Under the pieces are notes generated by a model, which did not search any database, had not been told where the DNA came from, and saw only the letters and a list, made by a program, of their open reading frames with translations. Positions 14,337-14,465 of a stretch of DNA of 14,465 nt are shown piece by piece. The position numbers were made by a program, and so were the translations under genes. Position 1 is the first letter of the stretch. Each line of letters opens with the position of its first letter. The stretch is taken from contig DAOTUB010000062.1 of the NCBI GenBank assembly GCA_034437455.1, positions 1-14,465 of the forward strand. The letters run 5' to 3'. This DNA is from Anaerolineae bacterium. GTDB taxonomy: Bacteria; Chloroflexota; Anaerolineae; B4-G1.

Positions 14337-14465
14337 ATGACTCCGCTGAAAAAAGTCTAAAACTCGCAAGTCCAAGCGGGCCGAAAGAGGTCCAACTTGG
14401 ACAAAGCGTTCCGCAAGTGAGACAAAAAAGAAGCGCAAAGAAAAACAAAGGGCAACTGCTGGCAA

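Noticed and set aside
14409-14423. 10-mer GTTCCGCAAG shared between the 3' end of the window (14409-14418) and the loop region of the 552-578 hairpin (559-568). A-rich 3' tail at 14337-14465.
   Set aside because: A single 10-mer match across about 400 bp of non-coding sequence has a few-percent chance probability. There is no flanking similarity or symmetry, and the window ends, so its context cannot be judged.
1-14465. Searched for mobile-element hallmarks, CRISPR repeats, tRNA/rRNA and toxin-antitoxin-sized gene pairs.
   Set aside because: I could discern no transposase or integrase motifs, no regularly spaced direct repeats, no tRNA-like cloverleaf candidates in the three non-coding stretches, and no small paired ORFs. 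The window appears to be chromosomal signalling DNA rather than a mobile island, as far as can be judged by eye.

Overview
All seven protein-coding genes in this window sit on the + strand (GC roughly mid-50s %), and the window is dominated by a signal-transduction locus. I see no rRNA, tRNA, CRISPR array, transposase or integrase.

Gene content, in order:
- 1-453: the 3' end of an upstream gene of unknown function.
- 454-690: a 237-bp leader containing two perfect hairpins.
- 691-11528: four tightly packed, apparently translationally coupled genes (8-nt overlap, then an ATGA overlap, then a 2-nt gap).
  - 691-3018: a hybrid kinase with two N-terminal S1 RNA-binding domains, then receiver (REC), GAF, HisKA and HATPase domains.
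  - 3011-9172: a 2053-aa giant kinase with REC, GAF, PAS, eight more GAF domains, HisKA and HATPase, i.e. nine tandem GAF domains.
  - 9169-9558: a stand-alone receiver-like protein whose acidic Mg-binding pair is replaced (DD to GN).
  - 9561-11528: a 655-aa OmpR-type regulator (REC plus winged helix) with a roughly 400-aa Hanks/APH-type kinase-like domain inserted between them. Its catalytic-loop Asp is replaced by Arg (PGRLTPDNVLID), so it is probably a pseudokinase.
- 11529-11791: a 263-bp intergenic region dense in palindromes and TGAC/GTCA repeats.
- 11792-14336: a two-gene unit, a soluble (no transmembrane helix) SPFH/band-7-like protein with a charged helix and a Cys-containing C-terminal tail, followed by a 398-aa protein with no family I can recognise.

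The most likely novel element is the combination of the pseudokinase-containing regulator, the palindrome-rich operator region, and the SPFH-like plus unknown pair, together with the RNA-binding S1-kinase and the pseudo-receiver. All domain calls come from motif reading by eye, with no database searches. The lineage guess (a bacterium with an expanded sensory repertoire, e.g. Chloroflexota/Ktedonobacteria-like or a filamentous cyanobacterium) is inference only.
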